Of a stretch of DNA of 64,000 nucleotides, positions 31,195-41,701 are shown one piece after another. Numbering within the stretch: the stretch's first letter is position 1; every line of letters begins with the position of its first letter. Source of the DNA: an uncultured Gemmatimonadales bacterium (GTDB taxonomy: Bacteria; Gemmatimonadota; Gemmatimonadetes; Gemmatimonadales; Gemmatimonadaceae); NCBI GenBank assembly GCA_963793305.1, contig CAWBZV010000012.1, forward strand, positions 96,001 to 160,000, in the 5' to 3' direction. The notes under the pieces were generated by a model. The model was not told where the DNA came from. It saw nothing but the letters and a program-made list of their open reading frames with translations, and did no database searches. The translations under genes were made by a program, and so were the position numbers.

Positions 31195-32581
31195 CACGGC
31201 GTAGATCGCGCCACCGATCAGCGCGACCAGGACCGAGAACCCGACGAGCTTCGCGAGATAGAGGGTCGGGTTCTTCTCATCCGCGCCCGGCACACCGGCG
31301 AGCACCAGCGAGATCGCGGTCGTCGTAAACCCGATGATGCCGCAGGCGATCGCCACGGGCTTGCCGCCGGGCACCCGGCGCACGTGTGGCATCGCCGGGT
31401 CGCGCTGCACGCGGATGAGTGAGGCGAACAGGTACAGGTATGGGATGAAGTAGATGATGATCGAGGCGCTTAAGAAAAGATTGTAGGCGCTCGCCACGGT
31501 CGTTCCCGCTTGCCCCGCCACCGTGACCAGCACCGCGACGCCGGCCTGGATCAACATGGCGATGTGTGGCGTGCGCCACTTGGGGTGCAGCCGGCCGAAC
31601 GCGGGCGGGAGCACGCCATCGACCGCGGCCGCGTACGGCAACCGCGCGCTCGCCGCGAACCACCCGCCGATCTGCCCGAGCACGCCGACGATGAGAAAGC
31701 CGACCGCGATCGGTACGAGCCACGCCGCATGGATCCGCACGGCCGCGCTGGTGATAGCTTGCGGAACACCCTGGAGCGCGGTGACCTCCCCCATCGGGAG
31801 CGCGACCAGCACGGCGACCGTGCCGGCGATGAAGAGCGCCGCGATGCTGACGCCGGCGCCAAGCAAGGCGCGGGGGATCGTACGCGGATTGTCGTCGAGC
31901 TCCTCGCCCATAATCGAGGCGCTCTCGACCCCCGCGAACCCGAACGCGATCGTCGACCAGAAGATCATGTCGCGCAGGTGCGTGCTCGGCACGAAGGACT
32001 TCGGCGTGAACGGCGTGGCCGAGCCGAACCGGGAGCAGGCCACGGCGGCGACGCCGAGCAGAATGAGCAGCGGCACCCACATGCCGATCGCGCCGGCGTT
32101 CTGCAGCCACTTGCCAATGTTGAGTCCGACGAGGTTGAGCGCGACGCAGAGCGTGAGCCCAACTAGCGACACCGCGATCGTGTATCGGGGATCACTCGCC
32201 AGAATGCTGCGCGCTCGGACCAATCAGGAACGGGATGAGGCCGGCGACGAAGTACAGGAGCAGCGGGTAGTACGGGATGTTGCAGCACCAGTAGCACCAT
32301 CCGGTCAAAAACCCGGTGAACCGACCGAACGACCGGCACGTCCAGACGTAGATGCCGCCCTGGTCCGGATACCGGGACGACAGCTCGAGGACCGCGAAGC
32401 AGAGCGGAACGTAGAAGAAGAGACACGCGCCGATCCAGATAACGACGGCGCTCGGACCCGCGACCGCGGCCTTTTGGACCCACTGGACGTTGAGGCTGAC
32501 GACGACGTAGAACAACATGAGGTCGCGCCAACCCATGGTGCGACGCAGCTTAGGGGCGGTCGGCTCAGTCGGCGGTGTCAG
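31138..32581 (-). CDS. APC family amino acid/amine permease; frameshift near 32204, start approximate
   Basis: LRRTMGWRDL, ELSSRYPDQGGIYVW, FAGVESASIMGEE, ARLPYAAAVDGVLP, LHPKWRTPH. Confidence 0.88.
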
Positions 32582-34154
32582 CGAGCAACTCGAAGGCCGC
32601 GTTGCGGCCATTGATACCCATCACGCTCCCACCCGGGTACGTGCCGGCGCCGCACAAGAACACGCCGGGCATTGGGGTGCGCGCGGAGAGGCGGCGGTCC
32701 CACATGTACTCCGGGAGAATCTCGCCCTGGAAAATGTGGCCACCCGTGAGCCCAACACGCTTCTCAATGTCCGGCGGCCCCAGAATTTCCATGTCTATTA
32801 TGGCCCGCGGGAGATTCGAGGTGTATCGCGCGATCGACTCCACCACCCGGTCGCCGACCTGGCAGCGCCTCGAATCCCATGTCCCGTCGGCGAACTCGTG
32901 CGGCACAAACTGCGAGAAGACACTCAGCGTCTCGACCCCTTCCGGCGCAACGCTGTGATCATACACGGTGTGCAGATAGAGCTCGGTCCACAGACGCTCG
33001 GGCAGAACACCAGCGTTGGCCTGACGGTGGCCATCGATCCATTCTTGCTTGGTGAGCGGCGTGTTGATCTGCCCGGTGTGGTGCGGTTCGCGCGTGCCCG
33101 GACGCGCACGGAAGTTGGGTAACTCGGTCAGCGTCATGTTGACCTTGACCGTTACCCCTTTGACTGGCACGCGTTCAACATCCTGGCGCCATTCGGGATC
33201 AGCGGCCGAGCCGAGCAAACGCAACGTGGTGCGCGGGTCGGCGTTCGATACGACGAACGGCGCGTAGATACGATCACCCGAATCGAGCTCCACACCTTCG
33301 CCCGGAATGATGCGCGCCACCGGTGTGCCCGTGGTAACGGTCGCTCCGAGTTTTTGCGCGACATCGCAGAGCAGAAATGAGACCGTGCCCATACCACCAG
33401 TCACGTACCCCCACGTGCCAGGATCGCCGAACATACTTCCCGACGCGTGGTGATACAGAACCGAAGCAGTCCCGGGAGCAGTTGGGCTGGCGTTCGTGCC
33501 GATCACGCCCTGGCCGAGGTAGGCCATCTGCAGACGTTCGTCGGTCAGGTACCGCTCGACGTACTCGCACATCGACCAGTCGAACAGCAGCCCACGAGCC
33601 TCGTTGTCGTCGCCGAGACGATCCTCTATTGCCTCGCGCGAGGGAGCAGGCCCAATCCAGAGATCTCCGGGCCCGGCAGGACGCAGGGCATCGCGTAAGC
33701 GGGATTTGACGTCGATCATCGCCCGCCAGCCATCGACATCTCGCGGCGCGAACCGGCGCACTTCGGCTTCGCACTGATCATCGTCGTTCCAGAGCTGCAC
33801 GCTCGAGCCGTCCTCGAACGGCACGAACATCCCACCGACCGCCGGCTGCCAGGTAAAGCCATGCTCGACGAGTTGGAGCTCGTCGATCACCAGTTGGTGC
33901 AGCAGCCCGCAGACGTACGCGCACGGCGAGAACCGCACGCCGGGGAACGGCTCGTCCATCGTCGCCGCCCCACCGACGCGCTCGCGAGCCTCCAGCACCA
34001 AAACACGACGGCCGGCGCGCGCCAGATACGCCGCGCACGCCAGCCCGTTGTGTCCTGCTCCCACGATAATGACATCCCACTGTTTTCTTGCCAGGGCCGC
34101 AACGGGCTCAGGAAGCCCGATGCGACCCAGTACTTCGGCCGTCGCCGATGGCAC
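32565..34154 (-). CDS. phytoene dehydrogenase-like NAD(P)/FAD oxidoreductase (PYROXD2-like)
   Basis: IVGAGHNGLACAAYLA, WGYVTGGMG, VSNADP, GLTGGHIFQGE, LCGAGTYPGGSVMGINGRNAA. TAGTG overlap with susD. Confidence 0.88.
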   Translation of the reverse strand: MPSATAEVLGRIGLPEPVAALARKQWDVIIVGAGHNGLACAAYLARAGRRVLVLEARERVGGAATMDEPFPGVRFSPCAYVCGLLHQLVIDELQLVEHGFTWQPAVGGMFVPFEDGSSVQLWNDDDQCEAEVRRFAPRDVDGWRAMIDVKSRLRDALRPAGPGDLWIGPAPSREAIEDRLGDDNEARGLLFDWSMCEYVERYLTDERLQMAYLGQGVIGTNASPTAPGTASVLYHHASGSMFGDPGTWGYVTGGMGTVSFLLCDVAQKLGATVTTGTPVARIIPGEGVELDSGDRIYAPFVVSNADPRTTLRLLGSAADPEWRQDVERVPVKGVTVKVNMTLTELPNFRARPGTREPHHTGQINTPLTKQEWIDGHRQANAGVLPERLWTELYLHTVYDHSVAPEGVETLSVFSQFVPHEFADGTWDSRRCQVGDRVVESIARYTSNLPRAIIDMEILGPPDIEKRVGLTGGHIFQGEILPEYMWDRRLSARTPMPGVFLCGAGTYPGGSVMGINGRNAAFELLADTAD

Positions 34155-35605
34155 TACTGCGCCACGAGCGGCGGCGTGCAAGTGCTGCCCAATCCACGCG
34201 CCTGGCATTCGCTTTCCGGGACGGGCATGACCGACGGGACATGACCGCCCGTCAGCGGCGGTGGGTTCGCCGGAATGGTGCTCAGGAGGAGGCCATAGCG
34301 CCGCGCGTCGATCCAACGCGTCCCCTGCTCCCACATGAGCGAATACCGGCGCTCGTACAGCAGGTCCGTCAGCAACGAATCCGCCGACAACCCGGGGGCC
34401 AGCGGCGCGAGGTTGCCGGAACCCTGCCGTGTCGCATTGAGGTCACTGGTCGCCGCGCCGAGTTGACCTAATCCCAATTCCGCCTCGGCTCTCAACAAGA
34501 CCAGTTCTTCGTCGCGAATGATCGGAATCTCGTGCGCCGGATCCGCCTGGCCGTTGGTGAAGTAGATGCTGTACTTGAGCGTCCCGTGGATCGGGAATCC
34601 CGACAGGATCTGCGTGATCGACGCGTCGACGATCTTCGCTCCCACGCGCGCGTCGGGCGTTGCGCTCCCCACCTGCGACTCGGCATCCGTCTGCTGCTCT
34701 GGCAGCGCGAAGTAGAGCGTGCCGTTGAGGGGGTCGGAGAGGCCGTTCTGGACGTTACCCGGGTTGGATGAGAAGTCGAAGTAGACCCCGTTCTGGAAGC
34801 TCGCCGCGCTGGTGTCCGCGAAGTGGGTGACGGTGAAGAGCGAGTCCAGCAGCGCCATCGCATTGGCGTAGCAGGTGGCCTTCGCGCCCTTGCACCCGTT
34901 CACGTCGGTCGCCCGGAACACCCAGGCTTTGGCCGCGAGGGCCTGGGTGAACTGCGCGAACGTCTGCGGCGTGCTGGCGGCCGCATAGCCCTGAGGCACG
35001 GAGAATGGGAATGCGGCGCCCAATGCCAGCTTGGTGCGGGCGTCAGCCAAGAGACCGATGATCGCCCGGTAGACGCTGTCCTCGCCGACGAACGGTGCCG
35101 GCGGTCCCGAGGGGTCGAGGTCGACATTGACGGCGGCGCCGAGTTGCGCCCGCGTTTGCACAAGGTAGAACAACGCCAGTGCCTTTTGCGTCTCGCCGAA
35201 CGCGATGGACGAGGCTTTCTCTCCAGCGCTCATGTCCGGCGAGTTCGGGATCGCATCGATATACAGGTTGTCCTGACGGATCTCGATGTATGGATTGCCC
35301 CATTGCGACCCGCCGAACTGCGTGTTCGAGAGCGGGCCGTAGTACGGCTCCTGATAGTCGGGCTGGTTGTTGCCGGAGAGGTTGACGCCCTCGCGTCCCA
35401 TCGAACCCAGGCGCCAGACGTACGATTCCATGTCGACGCGGGCCTGGGCGAATATCCCGGTCGCGGCGACGGCCATGTTCGCTCTCGTCGGGTTCCCGTA
35501 GATGGACGACGTGGTCGGCGCGTTCGGATCGGTGACGTGGAAGTCGTAGCAGGCGATGCTCGCCAGTGCCGTCGCCGACAGCGTGAGCAGTGTGATGGTC
35601 TTCAT
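34154..35605 (-). CDS. susD: RagB/SusD family lipoprotein
   Basis: Lipobox SIAC, IPIIRDEELVLLRAEA, DLNATR, LLYERRYSLMWEQGTRWIDARRYG. Confidence 0.9.
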   Translation of the reverse strand: MKTITLLTLSATALASIACYDFHVTDPNAPTTSSIYGNPTRANMAVAATGIFAQARVDMESYVWRLGSMGREGVNLSGNNQPDYQEPYYGPLSNTQFGGSQWGNPYIEIRQDNLYIDAIPNSPDMSAGEKASSIAFGETQKALALFYLVQTRAQLGAAVNVDLDPSGPPAPFVGEDSVYRAIIGLLADARTKLALGAAFPFSVPQGYAAASTPQTFAQFTQALAAKAWVFRATDVNGCKGAKATCYANAMALLDSLFTVTHFADTSAASFQNGVYFDFSSNPGNVQNGLSDPLNGTLYFALPEQQTDAESQVGSATPDARVGAKIVDASITQILSGFPIHGTLKYSIYFTNGQADPAHEIPIIRDEELVLLRAEAELGLGQLGAATSDLNATRQGSGNLAPLAPGLSADSLLTDLLYERRYSLMWEQGTRWIDARRYGLLLSTIPANPPPLTGGHVPSVMPVPESECQARGLGSTCTPPLVAQ

Positions 35606-35607
35606 CG

Positions 35608-38571
35608 TCAGAACCCCGCCGAAATGGTGAAGAAGAACTGACGGGACGGCGGGTACGGGGCGAGATCGACGCCCCGGAACGGCGACTGGCCGAAGTTGCT
35701 GACCTCCGGATCGTATCCATAGTACTTCGTGATCAGGATCAAATTGCGTCCTGACGCGCTCAGCTGCACGCCGTGCGAGCCGAACAGGTAGCGGCTGTAG
35801 TGGAGCGGCACATCGTACTGGAGCTTGACCTCGCGCAGCTTGAGGAACGTCGTGCTCTGCACGTACGGCGTGGCGATACCGTCGGAGCACGCGGTGAGCA
35901 GCGCCTGGCCGTAGCTCCCGTGGTCCACCAGGCCATTGCAGCCGTAGAGCGACAGCGTCTGATTCTCGATGATGCCGCCCTTCTGCCAGTCCCAGAGTCC
36001 GGTCAGGGTGAAGCGTCCGAGTGTGAACGTGCTGCCGAACGACCAGTCGTAATCGGGGTTCACCTGACCCAACGATGAGACGATGAAGTTGCCGTTGTTG
36101 TCGATGCCGGTCTGACCGATGATCTGCGTGATCGGCCGGCCCTGCTGGACCTCGAGCTGGCCATAGGCGAGTCCGAATCCGGATCCGACGGGCGTGAAGC
36201 TCGTCACGCCAGCCGGCAGCGCGAGGACGGTATTGTGCAGCGTGCGGAACGCCGTGTTGAATGTCCACGTGAAGTCCCGCAGCTGAATCGGGATCAACGT
36301 GGCCCCGATCTCGACGCCCTCGTTCTGGAACGTGCCACCATTGGCGAGGATCTCATTGTACCCGGTCGACGGCGCCGGCGTCCGTGGCAGGAACAGGTCA
36401 TACGTCCGGCGGTGGAAGTACGTGACTTCGAGATCGACCCGCGACGACCAGCCGGTCAGATCGAAGCCTCCCTCGAACTCGCGCGTCCGCTCGGGGCGAA
36501 GGCCAGGCGCGGCAAAGACCGACTGCCCGTTGAGGGCGACTCCGGGGAGACCACCGTACGCGACATTATCGACCAGCGTCGTATACTTCTCGCCGAAGAT
36601 CGGCTGGTTGCCGGTCTCGCCGTAGTCACCGCGCAGCTTGAGCTCCGTGCCGCGGATCAGCAAATCCCGGAACCGGTAGGCGGCCGCGATCTTCGGGTAG
36701 ATGAAATACTTGTTGATCAACGCGTTGGCCGACGTGCGCTCGGCGCGCAGGCCGCCTTCGATGTTCAGCCGTTCGTCGAACAGGTTGAGGTCCTCCTGTC
36801 CGTAAAACGACAGGGTGCGCTCGACGGTGTTGAACTCGAACGGGACGACGACCGATCCCGCGTCGATGTTCGTCTGCGTGCCGACCAGGTTCGAGGTGAA
36901 CGTCTGCGCGCGGTCGAGTTGCCGATCCTCGTACGTCATGCCGACCGCCGTCGTCGCCTTGAGGAGGCTCGAGGTCGTGTTGTAGGTGTGGATGGCGTTC
37001 AGGTTCCAGTTGTACTGCCGGCTCTCGGCCTGTCCCTGCACGGCCACGCCCGGTGTCGCCTGATTCGCCTCGAGATACACGTTGGCTGGCAGGGTGACGC
37101 TGGTCCCTTGGTCGAAGAAGTCCATGCCGCCCTGAGCGACCAGCTGGATCGAGTTGTTGTCGTTCTTGAACGCGTTGTAGCTGGTCTTGGCCGAGCCGAC
37201 GAACCGGTTCGTGAGGGCCGTGTTGGTCCCGAGCGACATGGTCTGCAGGGGATTCGAGCCCTTATAGGTGATGAGGGGTTGCGGCCACGCATTGTTCGAG
37301 AACCCGAGGGGCTCGAAGCTCGGGATGTAGGAGATGGCGTATGGGACGCTGGCGCCGTTGTTGTCGTTGTTGTTGAACCCGCGATCTTCGCGCGTGTGCG
37401 TGAAGGCCGTCGAGAGCGAGCCTTCGAACCCCTTCGCGAGATGCTGATTGATGTTGAGGCGGAGGGACTGGCGGTCGGCGGCCGTGCCCTGCTCGATGCC
37501 GCCCTCCTGCGCGAGCGAGCCGGACGCGAAGTACTGCGTGTTGTCATTGCCACCGCTCAGATCGAGCAGCGTCGTGCTCTGCAACGGCGTCCGGCCGGCG
37601 ACCTCGTTCAAGTGGTCGTAGACCGGCAACACCCCGTTTCTCGCGTAGCCATTGATGGTCGCGCTGTCCGAGCCGCTGGAAGCGAAATTGCCCAGGGCCT
37701 GGCTCAGCGTCCATGGCTCATTCGCCGGCCCACGGAGGAGATGCGCGAACCCGGTCTGCTGCGAGACGTTGATCCGGAGCTTCCCGGCCTTCCCGCGCTT
37801 CGTCGTGATGATCACGACGCCATTCGACGCCTTCGATCCGTAGATCGACGACGCGGCGGCGCTCTTGAGCACCTCGATCGACTCGATGTCCGCCGGATTG
37901 ATGTCGGCAATCCGGTTCGCCGCGTCGTCTTGACGCGGGCCTGTCGAGTTGAGGCCACCGCTTCCCGTCGCCTGGAACAAACCGGTCGGAATCGTCTCGT
38001 TGCTATAAATGACACCGTCAACGACGAACAGCGCATCCGTGTTGCCGGTCGCGGTATTGACGCCGCGGATTTGCACCTGCAGGCCGCCGCCGGGCGCTCC
38101 CGAGTTCGACTGAATCGAGGCACCAGGGACCTTCCCCTGCAACGCCGCATCGACGGTCTGCGCCGGGGCGCGCGTGAGATCGGCCGCGGACACCAGATCC
38201 GTCGCCGTCGTCACGTTGGCTTTTGTCGTAGTCGTCGCAGCACCGGTGACGACGACCTCACTGAGCTTGGTCGCCTCCTCGACCATCGAGACCGCGACGG
38301 TGCTGTCACCGGCCGCGACATTGACATTCTTCGGCTGGAAGCCGATCGCGCGGACTATCAGTGTTAGTGGACCGGCGGGCGCCGTGAGGCGGAATCTGCC
38401 GCCGGCATCGGCCTGCGCCCGCGCCGTACCGCCCTGCACGCCGACCTGCGCGAACGAGATCGGTTGTCGGTCAGCCTCTCGAACGACCGTACCGTTGATG
38501 TGCCGCTCCTGCGCTTGGACCTGCGCCGAGAGAGCGGCGAATACCGCTATCCAGACAATACGAAATTTCAT
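35608..38571 (-). CDS. susC: SusC/RagA family TonB-dependent transporter
   Basis: Signal peptide, LSEVVVTG, ALQGKVPG, DINPADIESIEVLKSAAASSIYGSKASNGVVIITTKRG, LRPERTREFE, YDPEV, C-terminal F. Confidence 0.93.
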   Translation of the reverse strand: MKFRIVWIAVFAALSAQVQAQERHINGTVVREADRQPISFAQVGVQGGTARAQADAGGRFRLTAPAGPLTLIVRAIGFQPKNVNVAAGDSTVAVSMVEEATKLSEVVVTGAATTTTKANVTTATDLVSAADLTRAPAQTVDAALQGKVPGASIQSNSGAPGGGLQVQIRGVNTATGNTDALFVVDGVIYSNETIPTGLFQATGSGGLNSTGPRQDDAANRIADINPADIESIEVLKSAAASSIYGSKASNGVVIITTKRGKAGKLRINVSQQTGFAHLLRGPANEPWTLSQALGNFASSGSDSATINGYARNGVLPVYDHLNEVAGRTPLQSTTLLDLSGGNDNTQYFASGSLAQEGGIEQGTAADRQSLRLNINQHLAKGFEGSLSTAFTHTREDRGFNNNDNNGASVPYAISYIPSFEPLGFSNNAWPQPLITYKGSNPLQTMSLGTNTALTNRFVGSAKTSYNAFKNDNNSIQLVAQGGMDFFDQGTSVTLPANVYLEANQATPGVAVQGQAESRQYNWNLNAIHTYNTTSSLLKATTAVGMTYEDRQLDRAQTFTSNLVGTQTNIDAGSVVVPFEFNTVERTLSFYGQEDLNLFDERLNIEGGLRAERTSANALINKYFIYPKIAAAYRFRDLLIRGTELKLRGDYGETGNQPIFGEKYTTLVDNVAYGGLPGVALNGQSVFAAPGLRPERTREFEGGFDLTGWSSRVDLEVTYFHRRTYDLFLPRTPAPSTGYNEILANGGTFQNEGVEIGATLIPIQLRDFTWTFNTAFRTLHNTVLALPAGVTSFTPVGSGFGLAYGQLEVQQGRPITQIIGQTGIDNNGNFIVSSLGQVNPDYDWSFGSTFTLGRFTLTGLWDWQKGGIIENQTLSLYGCNGLVDHGSYGQALLTACSDGIATPYVQSTTFLKLREVKLQYDVPLHYSRYLFGSHGVQLSASGRNLILITKYYGYDPEVSNFGQSPFRGVDLAPYPPSRQFFFTISAGF

Positions 38572-38702
38572 GGCCACTCCAGGGAGAGAGTCGGCTACAT
38601 GCGTGGTGGGACAGTGTATCGTCAATAGCCGGTATTAATGCCCGGCTTTAGCGATCGGTCAAGGAGTGGCAAGGGGACGCTTACGACCATACGTTCCCGG
38701 GA

Positions 38703-40037
38703 GTGGAACGCGTATCGCTGACCCTGATCGCCTGCACCCTATGTCTCGCTTGCAGCAGGGGCGCGGTGCATCCGTCGGCCCCTGCCGATGGAGTCGCTCG
38801 TGTCGTGCCCGCCGGGGGCGCCCCAGGGCTGAGCGTAGCGGATGTGCCTCGCTCGATCTCGGCCCGCGTCGCGACGCACGTTCACGAGTTCGGCGGCGCC
38901 TACATCGATGGGCACGGCGCTCTCACCGTGTATCTGACCAACCTCTCGAGCGAGCCGTCGGCCAGACGGGCGTTGACCAACGAGCTGTTGGCGAGCGGAC
39001 GCGAGGCCCCGGGCATGCGTATACGCGCCGCCAAATACACGTATGCCGATCTGTGGCGATGGAAGAACGCGCTGCGGCCGCTCCTGACCGGCGCCGGTGT
39101 CGCCATGCTCGCCGTCGACGAGAGAACGAACCGCGTGCGCATCGAGACGAGTGACAACACGGTCGCGCTCGCCACGAGATGGGTCCAGCGCCTCGGCGTA
39201 CCCCTCGCCGCCGTCGAAGTCGTGGTGACGGCGCGCATCGTCGAAGCGGGCTCCGTCGACGGAGGTCAGCGGCCCGCCATTGGGGGGCTTCGCATCGCTG
39301 GGTTCTTCGAGCAGACGGGCATCACGTATACGATCATCTGCTCCTATGGACTGAATGTTCGCGACTTCGCTGATACGGTGCACCACTATATGGTGGTCGC
39401 GTCGCACTGCGTGCAACACTCGCCGCCCGTCGGTGGATATATCGGGGCGAACGTGTACCAGCCGGATACGGTCGCGCTTCACGCCAATCTCATCGGCGCG
39501 GTCTTCGCGAATCCCTTATTCCTGAGCGGTAGCGCGTGCCCCGCGGGCGCGTTCTGCCGGGCGAGCGACGCGGCGCTGGTGCGAATCGCTCCAGGAGTGA
39601 CAACCACGCTCGGCGCCGTCGCCCGACCCTTAGGCCGCGTGTTCCTCCCGCAGATCTATGGTCCGACGACCATCGATCCGAGTCAGCCGACCTTTCAGCT
39701 CTCCGGCTATAGCGAGGCGCTCGTGGGCGACACCGTCGACAAGGTCGGCAGCGCCACTGGCTGGACCGGGGGCGTCGTGACCGCCGTCTGCGCGGACGTC
39801 AACATCGGTGGCTACATCAGAATGTGTAGCGGTGTCGTCAGCGGCGGCGCGGGGCTCGGCGACAGCGGCGCGCCGGTCATGTACAAGAACGCGCGCCAGC
39901 GGTACTACGTCGAGGGTTTGGTGTTCGGGCTCACCGACAATGGGCCGGACGGCGTGTCCGGACATCAGTACTACTTCAGTCCGTGGCAGTCGGTCAGCGA
40001 CGATCTCGCCGGGTTCGCCGGACTCGGAGTACGATAA
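38703..40037 (+). CDS. secreted chymotrypsin-like (S1, alpha-lytic-type) serine protease with pro-region
   Basis: Lipobox-like CLAC; triad motifs VASHC, SDAALV, GDSGAP; KVGSATGWTGG. Confidence 0.8.
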   Translation: MERVSLTLIACTLCLACSRGAVHPSAPADGVARVVPAGGAPGLSVADVPRSISARVATHVHEFGGAYIDGHGALTVYLTNLSSEPSARRALTNELLASGREAPGMRIRAAKYTYADLWRWKNALRPLLTGAGVAMLAVDERTNRVRIETSDNTVALATRWVQRLGVPLAAVEVVVTARIVEAGSVDGGQRPAIGGLRIAGFFEQTGITYTIICSYGLNVRDFADTVHHYMVVASHCVQHSPPVGGYIGANVYQPDTVALHANLIGAVFANPLFLSGSACPAGAFCRASDAALVRIAPGVTTTLGAVARPLGRVFLPQIYGPTTIDPSQPTFQLSGYSEALVGDTVDKVGSATGWTGGVVTAVCADVNIGGYIRMCSGVVSGGAGLGDSGAPVMYKNARQRYYVEGLVFGLTDNGPDGVSGHQYYFSPWQSVSDDLAGFAGLGVR

Positions 40038-40038
40038 C

Positions 40039-41394
40039 TCAGTGGTTCGGCGCCAGGCGTGCGAGCGCCGCGTCCAGGATACCCGGTTTCCGATCGTCCC
40101 ACTCCGCGTATTCCTTGCGCGTGACGGCCGCGCGCACGAGCGTCCCGCCGAGATAGCGTACGGGCTCGGGCGGAAAGGCGCCCATCGATTGGTCGACAAT
40201 GCCCGACTCACTCCACTCGTCGCGGAGTCCGAGCACCAGGCTGGCGAGGATGCGCCCTCCGAGGTAGCTGGGCCCGACACCGTGGCCACTCCAGCCGACG
40301 CCGTGCACGATGTGCGACCGGCCGCCGAGCCGGCCGATCAGCGGGAGCGCCGTCGGCGTGCGCTCGACGGCGCCAGACCAATCATGCGTGATCCGAACCC
40401 CACTGAGCGCGGGATACGTCCGAGCGAAGTCACGCGCCACTTCCATTGCTCGCCACGGGTCGCGATCGAACGCTCGACCGATCGCGGCGCCAAAGGCGAG
40501 CGCGCCACCACCCTTGCCGAACACGATCCGCCCTTCGCGCGTGGTCCGATAGTAGTGCACACGTAATTGCGAGTCGGTGATCGCCGAGCCATCGGTCCAG
40601 CCGATGCCAGCGAGGCGCTCAGGGATCGGCTCGGTGGCGACGATGTCGCTCGACACGACGACCATACGCCGCGCGAGCTCGCGCACGCTGCTCGCCCACG
40701 CGCCGGTCGCCAAGACTACGCGATCCGCTCGCACCTCTAGCCCGCCGTCCGTCCGCATCACCACGGGCGTGTCCCGGGTAAACGTCGCCACGCGCGTGCG
40801 CTCGTATATGCGAACACCGCGTGCCAGCGCCGCCCGCATGAGCCCTCTCGCGAGCGCCGCGGGGTGTACCGTGGCGTTACTCGCCTCGATGATGCCAGAG
40901 CGATGCACGGTCGAGCCCGTGCGAGCCATGTCCGCCTGCGCGAAGGGCGCGACACCGAGGCGGTCACACGTGCGCAGAACCGTGTCCCACGCGCCCTCCT
41001 GCGCGCGGTTCGTCGCCGACCAGACCCAGCCCCCGCGCACGACATGCGCGTCGATCGGCTCCGCCGCGCAAAATGCCGCGATACTTTCGATGGCGCGCTC
41101 GGACGCCGTCGCCAGACGAACGGCCTCGGCGTCGCCGCACAACGCCACGAGCGTATCGATCTTCGGCCACCACGTCAGGACAAACCCGCCGTTCCGCCCC
41201 GAGGCGCCGCCACCGCAGATGCCTTGCTCGACGATAGCGACGTCGCACGCAGGCTGGAGCTGCTTGATATGAATGGCGGTCCACAGCCCCACATACCCGC
41301 CGCCAATGATCGCGACATCGGCGCGCGTCGACTCGCGCAGCGGTTCCGCCGTCGACCCGTCCGGCAGCGCCTGCTCCAGCCACAAGATTGCCAT
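40039..41394 (-). CDS. DAO-family FAD oxidoreductase (PuuB/OrdL-like)
   Basis: DVAIIGGGYVGLWTA, GASGRNGG, VHPAALARGL, WSGAVE, GWSGHGVG, PPEPVRYLG. Confidence 0.88.
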   Translation of the reverse strand: MAILWLEQALPDGSTAEPLRESTRADVAIIGGGYVGLWTAIHIKQLQPACDVAIVEQGICGGGASGRNGGFVLTWWPKIDTLVALCGDAEAVRLATASERAIESIAAFCAAEPIDAHVVRGGWVWSATNRAQEGAWDTVLRTCDRLGVAPFAQADMARTGSTVHRSGIIEASNATVHPAALARGLMRAALARGVRIYERTRVATFTRDTPVVMRTDGGLEVRADRVVLATGAWASSVRELARRMVVVSSDIVATEPIPERLAGIGWTDGSAITDSQLRVHYYRTTREGRIVFGKGGGALAFGAAIGRAFDRDPWRAMEVARDFARTYPALSGVRITHDWSGAVERTPTALPLIGRLGGRSHIVHGVGWSGHGVGPSYLGGRILASLVLGLRDEWSESGIVDQSMGAFPPEPVRYLGGTLVRAAVTRKEYAEWDDRKPGILDAALARLAPNH

Positions 41395-41449
41395 CAGGGA
41401 CTACGGCCTACGGCCGCTCGGTTGCGTGGCGAGCTCGCCTGCGGCTCGG

Positions 41450-41481
41450 TTGACATAGGGCTAGGGGGTAGGGGTATATTT
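41450..41481 (+). promoter_or_regulatory. cop operon promoter with G-tract CsoR-type operator
   Basis: TTGACA (41450) -19 nt- TATATT (41475); the spacer is TAGGGCTAGGGGGTAGGGG. Confidence 0.6.
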
Positions 41482-41485
41482 AAGC

Positions 41486-41701
41486 ATGCGAGAGATCACC
41501 CTACGAATCGGCGGCATGAGCTGCAGTCATTGCCAGCAGGCGGTACGGGGCGCGCTGGCGGGCATCCCGAGTGTCGAGGTCGACACCGTCACCATCGGCT
41601 CGGCCACCGTGCGGCTCGACCCGGCCAAGACGAGCGTTGACCGGCTCGTCGCGGCGATCGATGACGTTGGCTACGAAGTGTTGGAACCCGTACCGTGGTG
41701 A
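41486..41701 (+). CDS. copZ: copper chaperone (HMA domain)
   Basis: [18 protein letters not shown]; 71 aa, directly upstream of a P1B ATPase. Confidence 0.9.
   Translation: MREITLRIGGMSCSHCQQAVRGALAGIPSVEVDTVTIGSATVRLDPAKTSVDRLVAAIDDVGYEVLEPVPW

Noticed and set aside
32565..34154. crtI carotenoid gene
   Set aside because: No crtB/crtE nearby; motifs and context fit the PYROXD2-like subgroup
36235..38367. Long antisense ORFs (this one, 10263..12113 alternate frame, 28782..29996, 12519..13793 and similar)
   Set aside because: Shadow ORFs of high-GC coding sequence, Arg/Ala/Ser-rich with no family motifs
41394..41456. 20-codon upstream ORF overlapping the oxidoreductase start (TGATG)
   Set aside because: No regulatory codon pattern or SD; it overlaps the cop promoter and may be chance
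41456..41474. G-quadruplex in the cop promoter
   Set aside because: Only three G-runs of three or more; better explained as a CsoR-type G-tract
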